64,000 bases of DNA from a bacterium (lineage in GTDB: Bacteria > UBA8248), in the NCBI GenBank assembly GCA_965200245.1, contig CBDATS010000005.1, forward strand, positions 320,001-384,000, written 5' to 3'. Numbering within the stretch: the stretch's first letter is position 1; every line of letters begins with the position of its first letter. The notes under the pieces were generated by a model that saw only the letters and a list, made by a program, of their open reading frames with translations, had not been told where the DNA came from and ran no database searches. This document shows positions 21,521-31,426 of the stretch, piece after piece. Position numbers and translations under genes: made by a program.

Positions 21521-22921
21521 ATGGCCATCGAACTCAAACTCCCCGAATTCGGGGAAAACATCACGTCCGGAAAAGTGATCGCCGTCCTAGTGAATGTGGG
21601 AGAAACAATAGAGGCGGATCAGTCGGTCATCGAAGTGGAAACTGACAAGGCGCTGATTGAAGTCCCCTCTTCCGTCGGGGGCAGGATAACGGAAATCCAT
21701 CTCAAACCCGGCGATGACGCCAAAGTAGGAGGAACCATTCTCGTCATCGAGGAAAGCGAAGGCGACACGGGGACTGTTCCGAAAGATGAAATTTTTGAGG
21801 AAATCACTTCGAGTACCGACGAGCCGACGGAACCGCAAGAAACTCAACCCATGCCACCAGACGAGACCTCTCCTGCGACGCAGGCCGAAGAACCCGTCAC
21901 GGAAGATGCCGCATCTTCGGGGGTTTCTCCCGGTTCCGAAGGGGTCCCACCCGAAACGCCTGCACCGGAGACTCCCGAAACCTCTGCACCGGTATCCCCC
22001 CAAAAACCCGCGCCCGCTGCACCCTCCGTGCGAAGAGTCGCTCGTGAGGCGGGTGTCGACATAAGCGACGTGCCGGGCAGCGGGATTGGAGGCAGGATAT
22101 CCGCGCAAGATGTTCGGGACTTCGTGGCGGCGCAAGGTGGAGCCACCGTGCCAGATACACCTGCGCCCGTGCTGTTGAGTGCGCCCGTTCAATTGCCCGA
22201 CCTCGCCCGCTGGGGAGAGATTGAACGCACGCCAATGTCTGGAATCAGACGTTCGACCTCGATGAACCTCTCCCGCTCGTGGACCCAGATCCCCCATGTG
22301 ACCCAGTGCGAAAAAGCCGATATTTCAGAACTCGATGCATTGAGAAAAAAATTCGCCCCGAAGGCGGAGGCCGCAGGCGGCAAACTCACCATCACCGCCA
22401 TTTTGATGAAAGTCATCGCCTCGTCCCTCAAGGTATTCCCGCAATTCAACGCGAGCGTTGACGCGGCGTCGAATGAAATCGTCTACAAGAACTACGTGCA
22501 CGTGGGCGTCGCTGTGGACACCGAAAACGGTCTGCTCGTCCCGGTGATTCGGGATGCTGGCAGGAAGAACATCATCGAACTTTCCGTGGAACTGAACGAA
22601 GTTGCGGAGCGCGCCCGCGCACGGAAACTCTCGCCGGACGAGATGCAGGGCGGTTCTATCACCATCACGAATCTGGGTGGCTTCGGCGGGACGTATTTCA
22701 CCCCGATAGTGAACTGGCCCGAAATCGCCATACTCGGCGTCTCCCGGGCACGAATGGAACCGGTGTGGAAGGCGGCCGAGGAGAAATTCGAACCGCGCCT
22801 CATGCTTCCACTTATGGTTTCATACGATCACCGCGTCATCGACGGGGCAGACGGCGTCAAATTCCTGAGGTGGGTGGCTGACGCACTCGAAGAACCCATG
22901 CTCATGAGCCTTGAGGGTTGA
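21521..22921 (+). CDS. aceF: Dihydrolipoamide acetyltransferase E2 (single lipoyl domain)
   Basis: VETDKA lipoyl Lys, PSVRRVARE binding domain and SYDHRVIDG. Confidence 0.93.
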   Translation: MAIELKLPEFGENITSGKVIAVLVNVGETIEADQSVIEVETDKALIEVPSSVGGRITEIHLKPGDDAKVGGTILVIEESEGDTGTVPKDEIFEEITSSTDEPTEPQETQPMPPDETSPATQAEEPVTEDAASSGVSPGSEGVPPETPAPETPETSAPVSPQKPAPAAPSVRRVAREAGVDISDVPGSGIGGRISAQDVRDFVAAQGGATVPDTPAPVLLSAPVQLPDLARWGEIERTPMSGIRRSTSMNLSRSWTQIPHVTQCEKADISELDALRKKFAPKAEAAGGKLTITAILMKVIASSLKVFPQFNASVDAASNEIVYKNYVHVGVAVDTENGLLVPVIRDAGRKNIIELSVELNEVAERARARKLSPDEMQGGSITITNLGGFGGTYFTPIVNWPEIAILGVSRARMEPVWKAAEEKFEPRLMLPLMVSYDHRVIDGADGVKFLRWVADALEEPMLMSLEG

Positions 22922-23086
22922 ACCAGCCTCTCGAAGCGAGATGCATCAGCCTGACTGGGTATGAGAACACAACCCACCCTCATGAACCTTCCAGTTTGAG
23001 CACCCCCACCGGCGCCCACAGAAACCTCCGGGTATGATTCCATCCGCCCGTGGTTTCCGCCAATTCGTCTTTGGGGTACATATTCG

Positions 23087-23665
23087 ATGACAAATCTCCT
23101 GGGCGACTGGAATTTCCTTCAATCATGGTGGTGGAAACCCTACGTCAAACCCCTCATCGGCCTGGGCTGGTTCGCAGGTGTCATCGCCCTGGGAGCGATC
23201 ATCTTCTTAGCCGTCATGGGAAGCGCCAGACTCTCCGAGTATAGAGATGCCTTTTTCTCTCCCAAAGAACCCGAGATTCCCGAGGACGAAGCGGCCCTCG
23301 TCGAATTTATGGAGTCATTCTTCCCGGAAGCATCGGAAGATGACATCATCTTGATGGAGCAAATCCTTGACGAAGTGATAAAGGAGGATATTCATCCGCA
23401 AATGGCGCGCGAAATCGAGGCCCGGGGGATATCGGTCCGGCTCCTGGTGCTCCCGCCTCCCGAAATCGTACGTGCGGTGGGAAACTACCCTGTAGCCGCG
23501 TGGATTCCCTCCATCAACGCGATCGAGATCTACGCATCAATCGTCAAGAGCGAGTGTCGGCAGAACCCAAACCGTTACAAAGAACTGATAGGCGATTTGC
23601 TACTGCACGAGATCGGCCACGCACTGGGTCTGGATGAACCGAAAATCAAGGATTTCGGTGTGTAG
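23087..23665 (+). CDS. Membrane-anchored zincin-like metallopeptidase
   Basis: N-terminal TM helix; C-terminal LLHEIGHALGLDE. Confidence 0.65.
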   Translation: MTNLLGDWNFLQSWWWKPYVKPLIGLGWFAGVIALGAIIFLAVMGSARLSEYRDAFFSPKEPEIPEDEAALVEFMESFFPEASEDDIILMEQILDEVIKEDIHPQMAREIEARGISVRLLVLPPPEIVRAVGNYPVAAWIPSINAIEIYASIVKSECRQNPNRYKELIGDLLLHEIGHALGLDEPKIKDFGV

Positions 23666-23670
23666 CGTTT

Positions 23671-25191
23671 CTAGTCGTGCGCTTCGTGCCCGTTCAGGTC
23701 GGCGGGGTCGGTCACCTCGATGCTTCCACTAAGCCCGAACAAGCGTTGCATCTTCTTCCTGAAAGAAGGCGTAAAGAGTTTTTCGGCGTAAAACCGGCCT
23801 GCCACCCTTTTGTTCACCTGCGCGAGCGTGGGATATACGTGCACCGTATCCACTACTTCCTTGATGTGCATTTTCTTGCGGACGGCCAGTACGAACTCGT
23901 GCAGTATCTCCCCCGCCGCAGGTCCAACCAAGTCGGCCCCCACGAGCCTACCCTTCTCGTCGCACACGACCTTGCACACACCCTCCGTCTCCCCGTCCAG
24001 GACTGCGCGGTCCACCCGGCTCATCGGAAAACGCAAGACCTGAAATCGATTCGCCCCCAAGGCAGCCTCGGCGTCGGCTTCACTCAAGCCCACGTGCGCT
24101 GCCTCGGGTGTTGTATAGATGGTCCACGGCACGGCATCATAGCTGGCCTTTTTCTTGAGGAACGGGACAGGAATCCCGAAAGGCGAACTGAAGAGCATGT
24201 TCCTGAGTGCCACTCCCGCCTCGTACTCGGCCATGTGAGTGAAGAGATACTGACCCCTGATATCACCGGCGGAGAAAATACGGGGATTCGTGGTTTGCAG
24301 ATATTCATCCGTCTCCACGCCGCGTCGGGAGTATTTGACGCCCGCTTTTTCCAGATCCATCCCGCCGACGTTGGGTGTTCGGCCAGTCGCGATCAAGAGT
24401 TGATCGCAGGTCCATTCCCTCTTCCCCGACGGCGTATCGGCCTGCAAAAATATCTCTTCGCCACGTTTCTCGATTCTTTGCGTATCCACATTGAAATGGA
24501 GTCGGAGACCGGACTGCGTCAGGGAATCAGAGAGAATCCCGGCCATTTCCTTGTCGAGTCTCGGGAGGAGTTTCGGCGCGCTTTGCAATACCTCCACCTC
24601 GGCGCCGAGTTGCTGAAAGGCCTGGGACAGTTCCAGACCGATGGGACCGGCCCCCAGCACTACCAAGCGCCTCGGCAACTCCTCCAGGTCGAAAACGGTT
24701 TCGTTCGTGAGGTAGGGCACGTCGTCGATACCGGCGATAAGCGGCACGAAGGGAGAACTCCCCGTTGCCAGCAAGAACCTTTTGGCCCGCAGGGTTCTGG
24801 CCCCTACCTGAAACGTATCGGGACCGGAAAAGGCTCCATCCCCGAATATCACTTCGATGCCCATGCCCTCGAAGCGCTCGGGCGCGTCGTGTTCGCCGAT
24901 GTGGGCCTGGGCCGCTTTCATGCGCTTCATGACGCGGGGGAAATCGATACGCACTTCGCCCACATCAACCCCGAACTCGGACATCGAGCGTGCCTGTGCT
25001 GCCAGCCGCGCCGAGCGGATCAACCCTTTCGAGGGCACGCATCCATAGTTCAGACAGTCACCTCCGAGCTTTGTCTTCTCGACGAGCGCGACCTTGGCAC
25101 CCAGTTGCGCTGCACCAACGGACGCCACCAGACCGCCGACCCCTCCACCGATTGCTACCAAATCAAACCCAGACTCTTTTTGCATCTTCAC
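23671..25191 (-). CDS. FAD-dependent pyridine nucleotide-disulfide oxidoreductase (MerA/LpdA-like)
   Basis: GGGVGG, GGDCLNYGCVPSK, GAGPIGLE and HVYPTLAQ; no MerA C-terminal Cys pair. Confidence 0.88.
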   Translation of the reverse strand: MKMQKESGFDLVAIGGGVGGLVASVGAAQLGAKVALVEKTKLGGDCLNYGCVPSKGLIRSARLAAQARSMSEFGVDVGEVRIDFPRVMKRMKAAQAHIGEHDAPERFEGMGIEVIFGDGAFSGPDTFQVGARTLRAKRFLLATGSSPFVPLIAGIDDVPYLTNETVFDLEELPRRLVVLGAGPIGLELSQAFQQLGAEVEVLQSAPKLLPRLDKEMAGILSDSLTQSGLRLHFNVDTQRIEKRGEEIFLQADTPSGKREWTCDQLLIATGRTPNVGGMDLEKAGVKYSRRGVETDEYLQTTNPRIFSAGDIRGQYLFTHMAEYEAGVALRNMLFSSPFGIPVPFLKKKASYDAVPWTIYTTPEAAHVGLSEADAEAALGANRFQVLRFPMSRVDRAVLDGETEGVCKVVCDEKGRLVGADLVGPAAGEILHEFVLAVRKKMHIKEVVDTVHVYPTLAQVNKRVAGRFYAEKLFTPSFRKKMQRLFGLSGSIEVTDPADLNGHEAHD

Positions 25192-25245
25192 ATCCTCTCA
25201 ATACGGCAAAAAACGCTTATCCTGCGAAAACTCGGAACAACCCGC

Positions 25246-26772
25246 TCAGGACGCCTCCCTGTCCAGCAGTTTGAACCCGAAGGCGAAAAACAGGATTGCC
25301 ATGAACAGATAACCGGCGGCTATGCCGGGCGCCGCCCCCCAACCGAAGAAGCTGACGACACCACCGGGCGTGATCCGCCAGGCGTGGATGACCCCGAACC
25401 AGCTCAATACCGCTCCGGCCAACGCCCACCCTCCCGCCTGTTTCGGCTCCTTGTCGAGAAGTTTCGCAACGATGGCTGTCAGGATGACTGACGTGAAAAG
25501 AAAGCCGCGCTCCAGGGTGACCATACCCACGAGATGGAATCCCGCCTTGGCAAACGCTTCCTCTCCCACCTTCCACAAGCTCGTGCCCGCTCCCCTCAGG
25601 GAGGATTCCACCATCAGCAGACCCCACGCGGCGATGGCGGGTATCAAGCCGATCACTACAGCCGGACCGTGGCGCGCAGGTGAAGCCTGAAACGCCTGGG
25701 TGAGCATCATCACCCCGATCCAGAGCATGAGTGCGAAGAGCGCATCACCGGGGATGATCTTCGAAAGTGCCGCAATCGAACCGGTGAAGCACAGAACCGT
25801 CATCACGACCCCGTTCAAGGCACTGTAACCTGCGCGGGCACCCATCTTCTTCCAACCCGGATGTCCTATATATATGGTTGTTGGAAAACAACTCCCCAGA
25901 CATGCCGCAAGCAGCGAGCCCGCGCCATTCACCGCCAGGGAACTGCTCGTCTCGTAATCATCGCCCGCGGCAGCTGCGCTTTCCAGACACATCAGGCTGC
26001 CCACCAGCGTCATCAGACCCATGGGAATGGAAACCGCGAGGTAATCCCAAGCCAGCGGACCGAAGAGAGCATCAAACAAAGGACCAAAGGCGGAAGATGG
26101 AATCGCAAGACCCACAGGCGCGGGAATTCCTTCCGGAAATCCCTTGACGATGGCGGACAAAACCACTCCCGCCGCCACCGCCACGAGGCCGCCCGGCAAT
26201 CCGAAAGGAAAGCGGAACCCGCCGAAATAATGGACGAGGATGATCCCCAAGGGAATCATGGCGACAAGCGGGTGCTCCCAGATTCTGAAGGCGAAATCCA
26301 TCGAGATAAACGTGAGCGCGATGCCTCCCAAAGCCGAGAGCAAAGCGGTACGCGGCGCGACCCGCCTGATATGCTTACCCAACAGCGAACCCGCCGTTTC
26401 GATTATCCCGCTCACAAAACAGGCCGCCAGACCCGCCTGCCAGGCCGCCTCGGCGCTTCCGGTCTTGAGTTTCACGGGCAGCATCACGAAAAAGATGAAC
26501 GCGAAAAGTGTGACCGTGTTGATACCGTAGGGCATGGCGGTTACATCGTCCCGGTCCTCGCGCACAGCCAGGCGCCGCGCCTGCCAGGTGTAGAAGAGGT
26601 TCCCGCCCAGAAGACTCAGGGCCGCTGCAGGCAGCACGCGCGCGAAGATGAGTGAATCGGGAAAACCCAGCAGCCCTTTCAGGAAACTCACTATCAACAG
26701 AAGATTAATTAGGTTGTCCATCCACAGGCCAAAGAAGCCGTCGACGTCACCCTTCACGAACCATTTGGGCAT
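25246..26772 (-). CDS. NCS2/AzgA-like nucleobase permease
   Basis: GDVDGFFGL, TAMPYGINT, ESAAAAGD and TTIYIGHPGWK; many TM segments. Confidence 0.85.
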   Translation of the reverse strand: MPKWFVKGDVDGFFGLWMDNLINLLLIVSFLKGLLGFPDSLIFARVLPAAALSLLGGNLFYTWQARRLAVREDRDDVTAMPYGINTVTLFAFIFFVMLPVKLKTGSAEAAWQAGLAACFVSGIIETAGSLLGKHIRRVAPRTALLSALGGIALTFISMDFAFRIWEHPLVAMIPLGIILVHYFGGFRFPFGLPGGLVAVAAGVVLSAIVKGFPEGIPAPVGLAIPSSAFGPLFDALFGPLAWDYLAVSIPMGLMTLVGSLMCLESAAAAGDDYETSSSLAVNGAGSLLAACLGSCFPTTIYIGHPGWKKMGARAGYSALNGVVMTVLCFTGSIAALSKIIPGDALFALMLWIGVMMLTQAFQASPARHGPAVVIGLIPAIAAWGLLMVESSLRGAGTSLWKVGEEAFAKAGFHLVGMVTLERGFLFTSVILTAIVAKLLDKEPKQAGGWALAGAVLSWFGVIHAWRITPGGVVSFFGWGAAPGIAAGYLFMAILFFAFGFKLLDREAS

Positions 26773-26944
26773 CCGGGTCCCCCTGCTCAAGACCGGCAAG
26801 TTCCAACCGAGCGCGACTCGTCCAGGATAGTAATACACGCTGCCTGATTCGCCAAAACACCCAGGCCTTTTTCTCAACCCGGTCGTTTTGATATGCTCTA
26901 TTCATAAACAAATAACCCTTTAGCGATCACCAGGGAGAAAAGCG

Positions 26945-27697
26945 ATGGAAGCTGTCAAAGTCTACACGCGGCACGGTTGATATACCTGCGCACTTACGAG
27001 AGAGTTTCTCTCGTCCAATGGCCTTGAAGTCTTAAACCGCGACTGCACGAACGATGCCGAAGCACAGGCCGAACTCAAGGAGCTTGGCATCAAGGCCCTG
27101 CCTGTCGCCGTTCGAGGTGAGAATGTGGTGGTGGGCTATGATGTGGACGCGCTCCGCGAGGCTTTCGACATCGAACAGGAAGGCACAGGCCCCCTCTCGC
27201 CCGAAAAGATGCTCCACTATTTCGAGATGGTCTTTGACGCACTGCGCCGCGTCGTTCGCCAGATACCGCACGAAACGCTCAACTGGGTATCTCCGGGCAG
27301 GCCCCGCACGCTGCGCCAACTCACCTGGCACAGCTTCGAACGTCCCGATATCGTGATGCAGACCTTTGCAACGGGCGAATACACCGAGGGGATGGTGCGC
27401 CGCTACGAGACGCTAGCGAACGACTACAACACCACAGAAGACATTTGCGCCTACGGCGATGAAATACAGGCGAAGCTCACCGATTTTCTCACCGCAGGCC
27501 GCGAGGCGCTGGCACAGAAGGTGTCGAGCTACATGGGACCCATCACCGTACATGAGTTGATGATTCTCGCACTTGGGCACGCCTTCCAGCATCTGCGGCA
27601 AACCTATCATTATTTTGAAATGCTGGAGATTACGCCGGAAAATCCTCTAGAGCCCGAGGACTACGCAGAGGTGCCCGTGCCCAAGGATCTGTTCTAG
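26945..27697 (+). CDS. Glutaredoxin(NrdH-like)-DinB fusion, probable selenoprotein (UxxC, TGA at 26978-26980)
   Basis: GGGAGA RBS; MEAVKVYTRHG-U-YTC in frame with ORF 27125-27697; LP-V cis-Pro region and VVGYD; DinB His motifs LTWH and HAFQH. Confidence 0.85.
26996..27014 (+). promoter_or_regulatory. Putative bacterial SECIS hairpin
   Basis: acgagaga-gtt-tctctcgt 8-bp stem with a G-first loop, starting ~16 nt after the in-frame TGA. Confidence 0.7.
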
Positions 27698-27727
27698 TCC
27701 AGACCTGAATTTCGAGGAGGTCGTCCG

Positions 27728-29005
27728 ATGCCCTCTAAAGACATGTTCCCTCTCCGCGCGAACCGCGCCCGCATGAGACGTGAATTCAACGCCCAGGCAA
27801 AGATCGGCAAATACGGAAAAACAGGCCTGGATCGCGTAGCCTTTACGCCGGCCTACAACGAGGTGTGCGACCTGGTCGAGGGCTGGATGAAGACGGCGGG
27901 TCTCGAAACCCGCGTCGACGCCGTGGGAAATCTGTACGGAAGAAAAGAGGGCCGCGTACGCGAGTTCCCCGCCGTAATGGCAGGCTCTCATCTCGATTCC
28001 CAAAGCCCGGGCGGGCGGTTCGACGGCCCCGCGGGCGTTCTTACTGCTCTGGAGGCAGTTCGGCGCATCAGCGAGACGGGACTCGACCACGACCATCCAA
28101 TCGTGGTGGTGGCCTTCGTGGGAGAGGAATCCGCATGCGGGATGACGGTGTTCGGCAGCAGCGTCGCCACGGGTGTCGCGGGGTTGAAGGACCTGAGGAA
28201 CACCGTGCATCCGCCCACTGGAAAATCGTTGTACGAGGCGATCGAGGCAGCGGGCGGGAATCCCTCGCGCGTGCGCTCGTGCCGGATACGGGAAGGATCG
28301 CTCAAGGCGTTCCTGGAGCTTCACATCGAACAGGGCCCTGTACTCGAGTCGGCCGAAGTACCCATCGGCATCGTGGACAAGGTAGTGGGATACACGAGAG
28401 GCGAGGTTCACTTCGAGGGAGTGGCGGCGCACTCGGGCGGACAACCCATGCCCTATCGCAATGATGCCGGTATGGCGGCGGCGGACTTTATGCTGCGCAT
28501 GGAGGACGCCGCGAGACGCGCACCCGAGTCCCAGCGTGTGACGATCACCTTCGGCGAAATGGAAGCGCTCCCCGGGTGGGTGTCCATCGTGCCAGGAGGT
28601 GCCAGGCTTTCCTTTGACCTCAGGAGCAGAAGCCAGGCGGTAATGGAAAGCACCCTTGCACGCATGGAAAAGACGCTCGCCGCCATCGAGAAACAACGCG
28701 GCGTGCGTGGCCGCCTCTCGGACATCAAAACACTGCCCGTCTGTCCCGCCTCCGCCAACATTCAACGGGCGCTCCGGCGCGCATCCAAGGAGACGGGCCA
28801 CGCCGCACTCACGCTTTCGAGCGGCGGAGTGCATGACGCCTGCCGCATGGCAACGATATGCCCGATGGGCATGGTATTCATCCCCTCGGTGGGTGGGCTT
28901 TCGCACACACCCGAGGAGTTCACTCACTTCGACGATATGGTGAAGGGGGCTGAAATCCTCGCATCCGCAATCGCACACCTCGCCAACGAGAACGTGAAAG
29001 CGTAA
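27728..29005 (+). CDS. Zn-dependent hydrolase, hydantoinase/carbamoylase (M20, allantoate amidohydrolase-like)
   Basis: GSHLDS, GGRFDG, GEES, ELHIEQGPVL, AHSG, GGVHDA and SHTPEE. Confidence 0.9.
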   Translation: MPSKDMFPLRANRARMRREFNAQAKIGKYGKTGLDRVAFTPAYNEVCDLVEGWMKTAGLETRVDAVGNLYGRKEGRVREFPAVMAGSHLDSQSPGGRFDGPAGVLTALEAVRRISETGLDHDHPIVVVAFVGEESACGMTVFGSSVATGVAGLKDLRNTVHPPTGKSLYEAIEAAGGNPSRVRSCRIREGSLKAFLELHIEQGPVLESAEVPIGIVDKVVGYTRGEVHFEGVAAHSGGQPMPYRNDAGMAAADFMLRMEDAARRAPESQRVTITFGEMEALPGWVSIVPGGARLSFDLRSRSQAVMESTLARMEKTLAAIEKQRGVRGRLSDIKTLPVCPASANIQRALRRASKETGHAALTLSSGGVHDACRMATICPMGMVFIPSVGGLSHTPEEFTHFDDMVKGAEILASAIAHLANENVKA

Positions 29006-29213
29006 GGTGAAAACCTGCAGACGAATCGTTTCCTGTTCGCTCATGCTTCTCCCCCTGACATCCCGTCGATTCTATTTGTGAAGCGAGTTTTTTTGTGTTA
29101 GATTCCGCCGTCTAATCGCTCAGACAGGTAACAGGAATCTGTTGCCGCAGATTCTTTCGCGGCGTGATGTCTCGAAACCGGAGTTCCAAGGACAAAATCG
29201 AGAGGGAGAAAAA

Positions 29214-30473
29214 ATGGGCAGGATAATCAGGCACGTCATTCTTGGGTTTGCGTTGCTCCTCGCGGTGAGTATCGCTTTCACGCCTTCGGCACGGGCGGCC
29301 AAAGAAGTAAAGATCGGCTTCAGCATGGCGCTGACCGGGCCGCTCGGCCCCGCGGGCAAGGCGGCGCTTCTGGCCATGCAGATATGGCGCGACGACGTAA
29401 ACGCCAAGGGCGGATTGTTGGGCCGGAAGGTCAAGCTAGTATACTATGACGATCAGACGAAACCAGCCAATGTTCCCGGCATCTACGCCAAACTGCTCGA
29501 CGTGGACAAGGTGGACTTCATCGTCTCGGGCTACGGAACGAACCTCATCGTTCCCGCCCTGCCTATAGCCATGGAACGGGGCATGGTGTTCATGGGCCTG
29601 TTCGGTCTGGATGCGAACGCGAAGTTCAAATACAACAATTACTTCCAAATCATGCCGGCCGGCCCCGACCCGATTGTGGACTGGTCGAGCGGCTTTTTTG
29701 AACTCGCCGCGAGGCAAAAACCCCGCCCCAAGACAATAGCGCTGCTCTCGGCAGATTCCGAGTTCGCGCGCAACGCCGTGGCCGGTGCCCGCCGCAACGC
29801 GAAGAAATATGGCTTCAAGGTGGTCTACGACCAACGCTACCCCTTCCCCGGGACAACCGACTTCACGCCAATTCTGCGCGCCGTCAAGGCCGCGAACCCG
29901 GATCTCTTCTACGTGGGTTCCTACCCGGGCGGTTCGGTGGGCATTGTGAAGGCCGCACATGAGATCGGCCTGGAACCCAAGCTCTTCGGGGGCGGCATGG
30001 TGGGACTTCAGTACACTGCCATCCAGATGAACCTCGGCAAGCTGTTGAACGGCATCACGAACTACTGGTTCTGGGCGCCGGAGAAAACCCTGAAGTTCCC
30101 CGGCATTGAGGCCTTCCTGGCGAAATACCAGAAAGAAGCGCCCAAGCAGAAACTCGACCCGCTGGGCTACTACCTGCCACCTTTCGCCTATGCCTACGTA
30201 CAGCTGCTCGGCAATGCGATCGAGGCCACCAAGAGCTTCGATCAGGCGAAGATCGGCGCCTACATCCGCAACAACACCCATTCCACCGTGGTCGGAAACG
30301 TGAAGTTCGGCAAGAACGGCGAGTGGGCGACTTCCCGGACGTTCCAGGTGCAACTCCAGAACATCACAAGCAACAAGATGAGCGAGTTCAGCAAAGAAGG
30401 CAAAATGGTCGTGCTGTATCCTGATGAATTCAAATCCGGAAACCTCATCTACCCATACGCGAAAGGCAAGTAA
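29214..30473 (+). CDS. Branched-chain amino acid type ABC transporter substrate-binding protein
   Basis: Signal peptide; KIGFSMALTG and NAKGGLLGRKVKLVYYDD. Confidence 0.92.
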   Translation: MGRIIRHVILGFALLLAVSIAFTPSARAAKEVKIGFSMALTGPLGPAGKAALLAMQIWRDDVNAKGGLLGRKVKLVYYDDQTKPANVPGIYAKLLDVDKVDFIVSGYGTNLIVPALPIAMERGMVFMGLFGLDANAKFKYNNYFQIMPAGPDPIVDWSSGFFELAARQKPRPKTIALLSADSEFARNAVAGARRNAKKYGFKVVYDQRYPFPGTTDFTPILRAVKAANPDLFYVGSYPGGSVGIVKAAHEIGLEPKLFGGGMVGLQYTAIQMNLGKLLNGITNYWFWAPEKTLKFPGIEAFLAKYQKEAPKQKLDPLGYYLPPFAYAYVQLLGNAIEATKSFDQAKIGAYIRNNTHSTVVGNVKFGKNGEWATSRTFQVQLQNITSNKMSEFSKEGKMVVLYPDEFKSGNLIYPYAKGK

Positions 30474-30491
30474 CGAACCGGACATAAAATC

Positions 30492-30522
30492 CAGGCCGGG
30501 GGAGACATCTTCCCCCGGCCTG
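30492..30522 (+). terminator. Intercistronic stem-loop after the SBP gene
   Basis: caggccggggga / tcccccggcctg 12-bp inverted repeat. Confidence 0.6.
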
Positions 30523-30549
30523 CTTACGGCTCGTCGCAGGGGGGTAACC

Positions 30550-31422
30550 ATGCTCAGCTTCGAATTCCTGTTGAACGCACTTATAGCGGGCATCCTGCTG
30601 GGGGGCTTCTACGCCGCAATAAGCGCTGGGCTTTCGCTCTCCTTCGGTTTACTGGACGTCGTGAACATCGCTCATCCGGCATTCATTCTCTTCGGCTCCT
30701 ATCTGACCTTCTACGTGAACGAGCACTTCGGATTGGACCCGGTACTCGCCGGTCTCGTCTTTGCTGTTCCCTCCTATTTCGTGGGCGTCGCGGTCTATCG
30801 CATCTACTACAACAGCTTCGAGAAGACGGGGGCGGAATCCCTGCGCGGACTGGTTTTCTTTTTCGGACTCTTTTTCCTTATCGAGGTCATCCTCATCATC
30901 ACCTTCGGTGTGGACTACCGCCTCGTCCGCGCGTTTTATATCGGCAAGTCCACCTCCATCGGATCGGTGGGAATCGCCTACAGGTTGTTCGTGCCCTTCC
31001 TCATGGGAGGGATACTTGCGATCGTTCTGTACCTGTTTCTCACAAAAACCTTTTTCGGGCGCGCCATCATGGGTGTGGCGCAGGACAGCCTCGCCGTCCA
31101 GCTCATGGGAGTGGATCCGATACGCATCAAGACGGTCGCCTTCGGCATCGGCATCGCCACGGCCGTACTCGCGGGGTCTTTACTCATCATTATCGGCCCG
31201 GTCGAGCCGACCATCGGACGGGAGTACATCGGCCGCGTGTTCGCGGTCACCGTCCTCGGCGGGCTGGGCAGCATGACGGGTACGCTCGTGGGCGCGCTTA
31301 TCCTGGGTGTCGCAGAGAGTTTCACCTCTTCGTTCTTCGGTCCCTCCTGGGCTCTGGCCGTCTCGTTCGGTATCCTGCTCATCTGCCTGGCGGTCCGGCC
31401 GTCCGGCCTGTTCGGGAGATAG
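30550..31422 (+). CDS. BCAA ABC transporter permease (LivH-like)
   Basis: GLSLSFGLLDVVNIAH and VTVLGGLGS. Confidence 0.92.
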   Translation: MLSFEFLLNALIAGILLGGFYAAISAGLSLSFGLLDVVNIAHPAFILFGSYLTFYVNEHFGLDPVLAGLVFAVPSYFVGVAVYRIYYNSFEKTGAESLRGLVFFFGLFFLIEVILIITFGVDYRLVRAFYIGKSTSIGSVGIAYRLFVPFLMGGILAIVLYLFLTKTFFGRAIMGVAQDSLAVQLMGVDPIRIKTVAFGIGIATAVLAGSLLIIIGPVEPTIGREYIGRVFAVTVLGGLGSMTGTLVGALILGVAESFTSSFFGPSWALAVSFGILLICLAVRPSGLFGR

Positions 31423-31426
31423 TTTC

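Noticed and set aside
23671-25191. Mercuric reductase merA
   Set aside because: No C-terminal Cys-Cys, no NmerA domain and no mer operon genes
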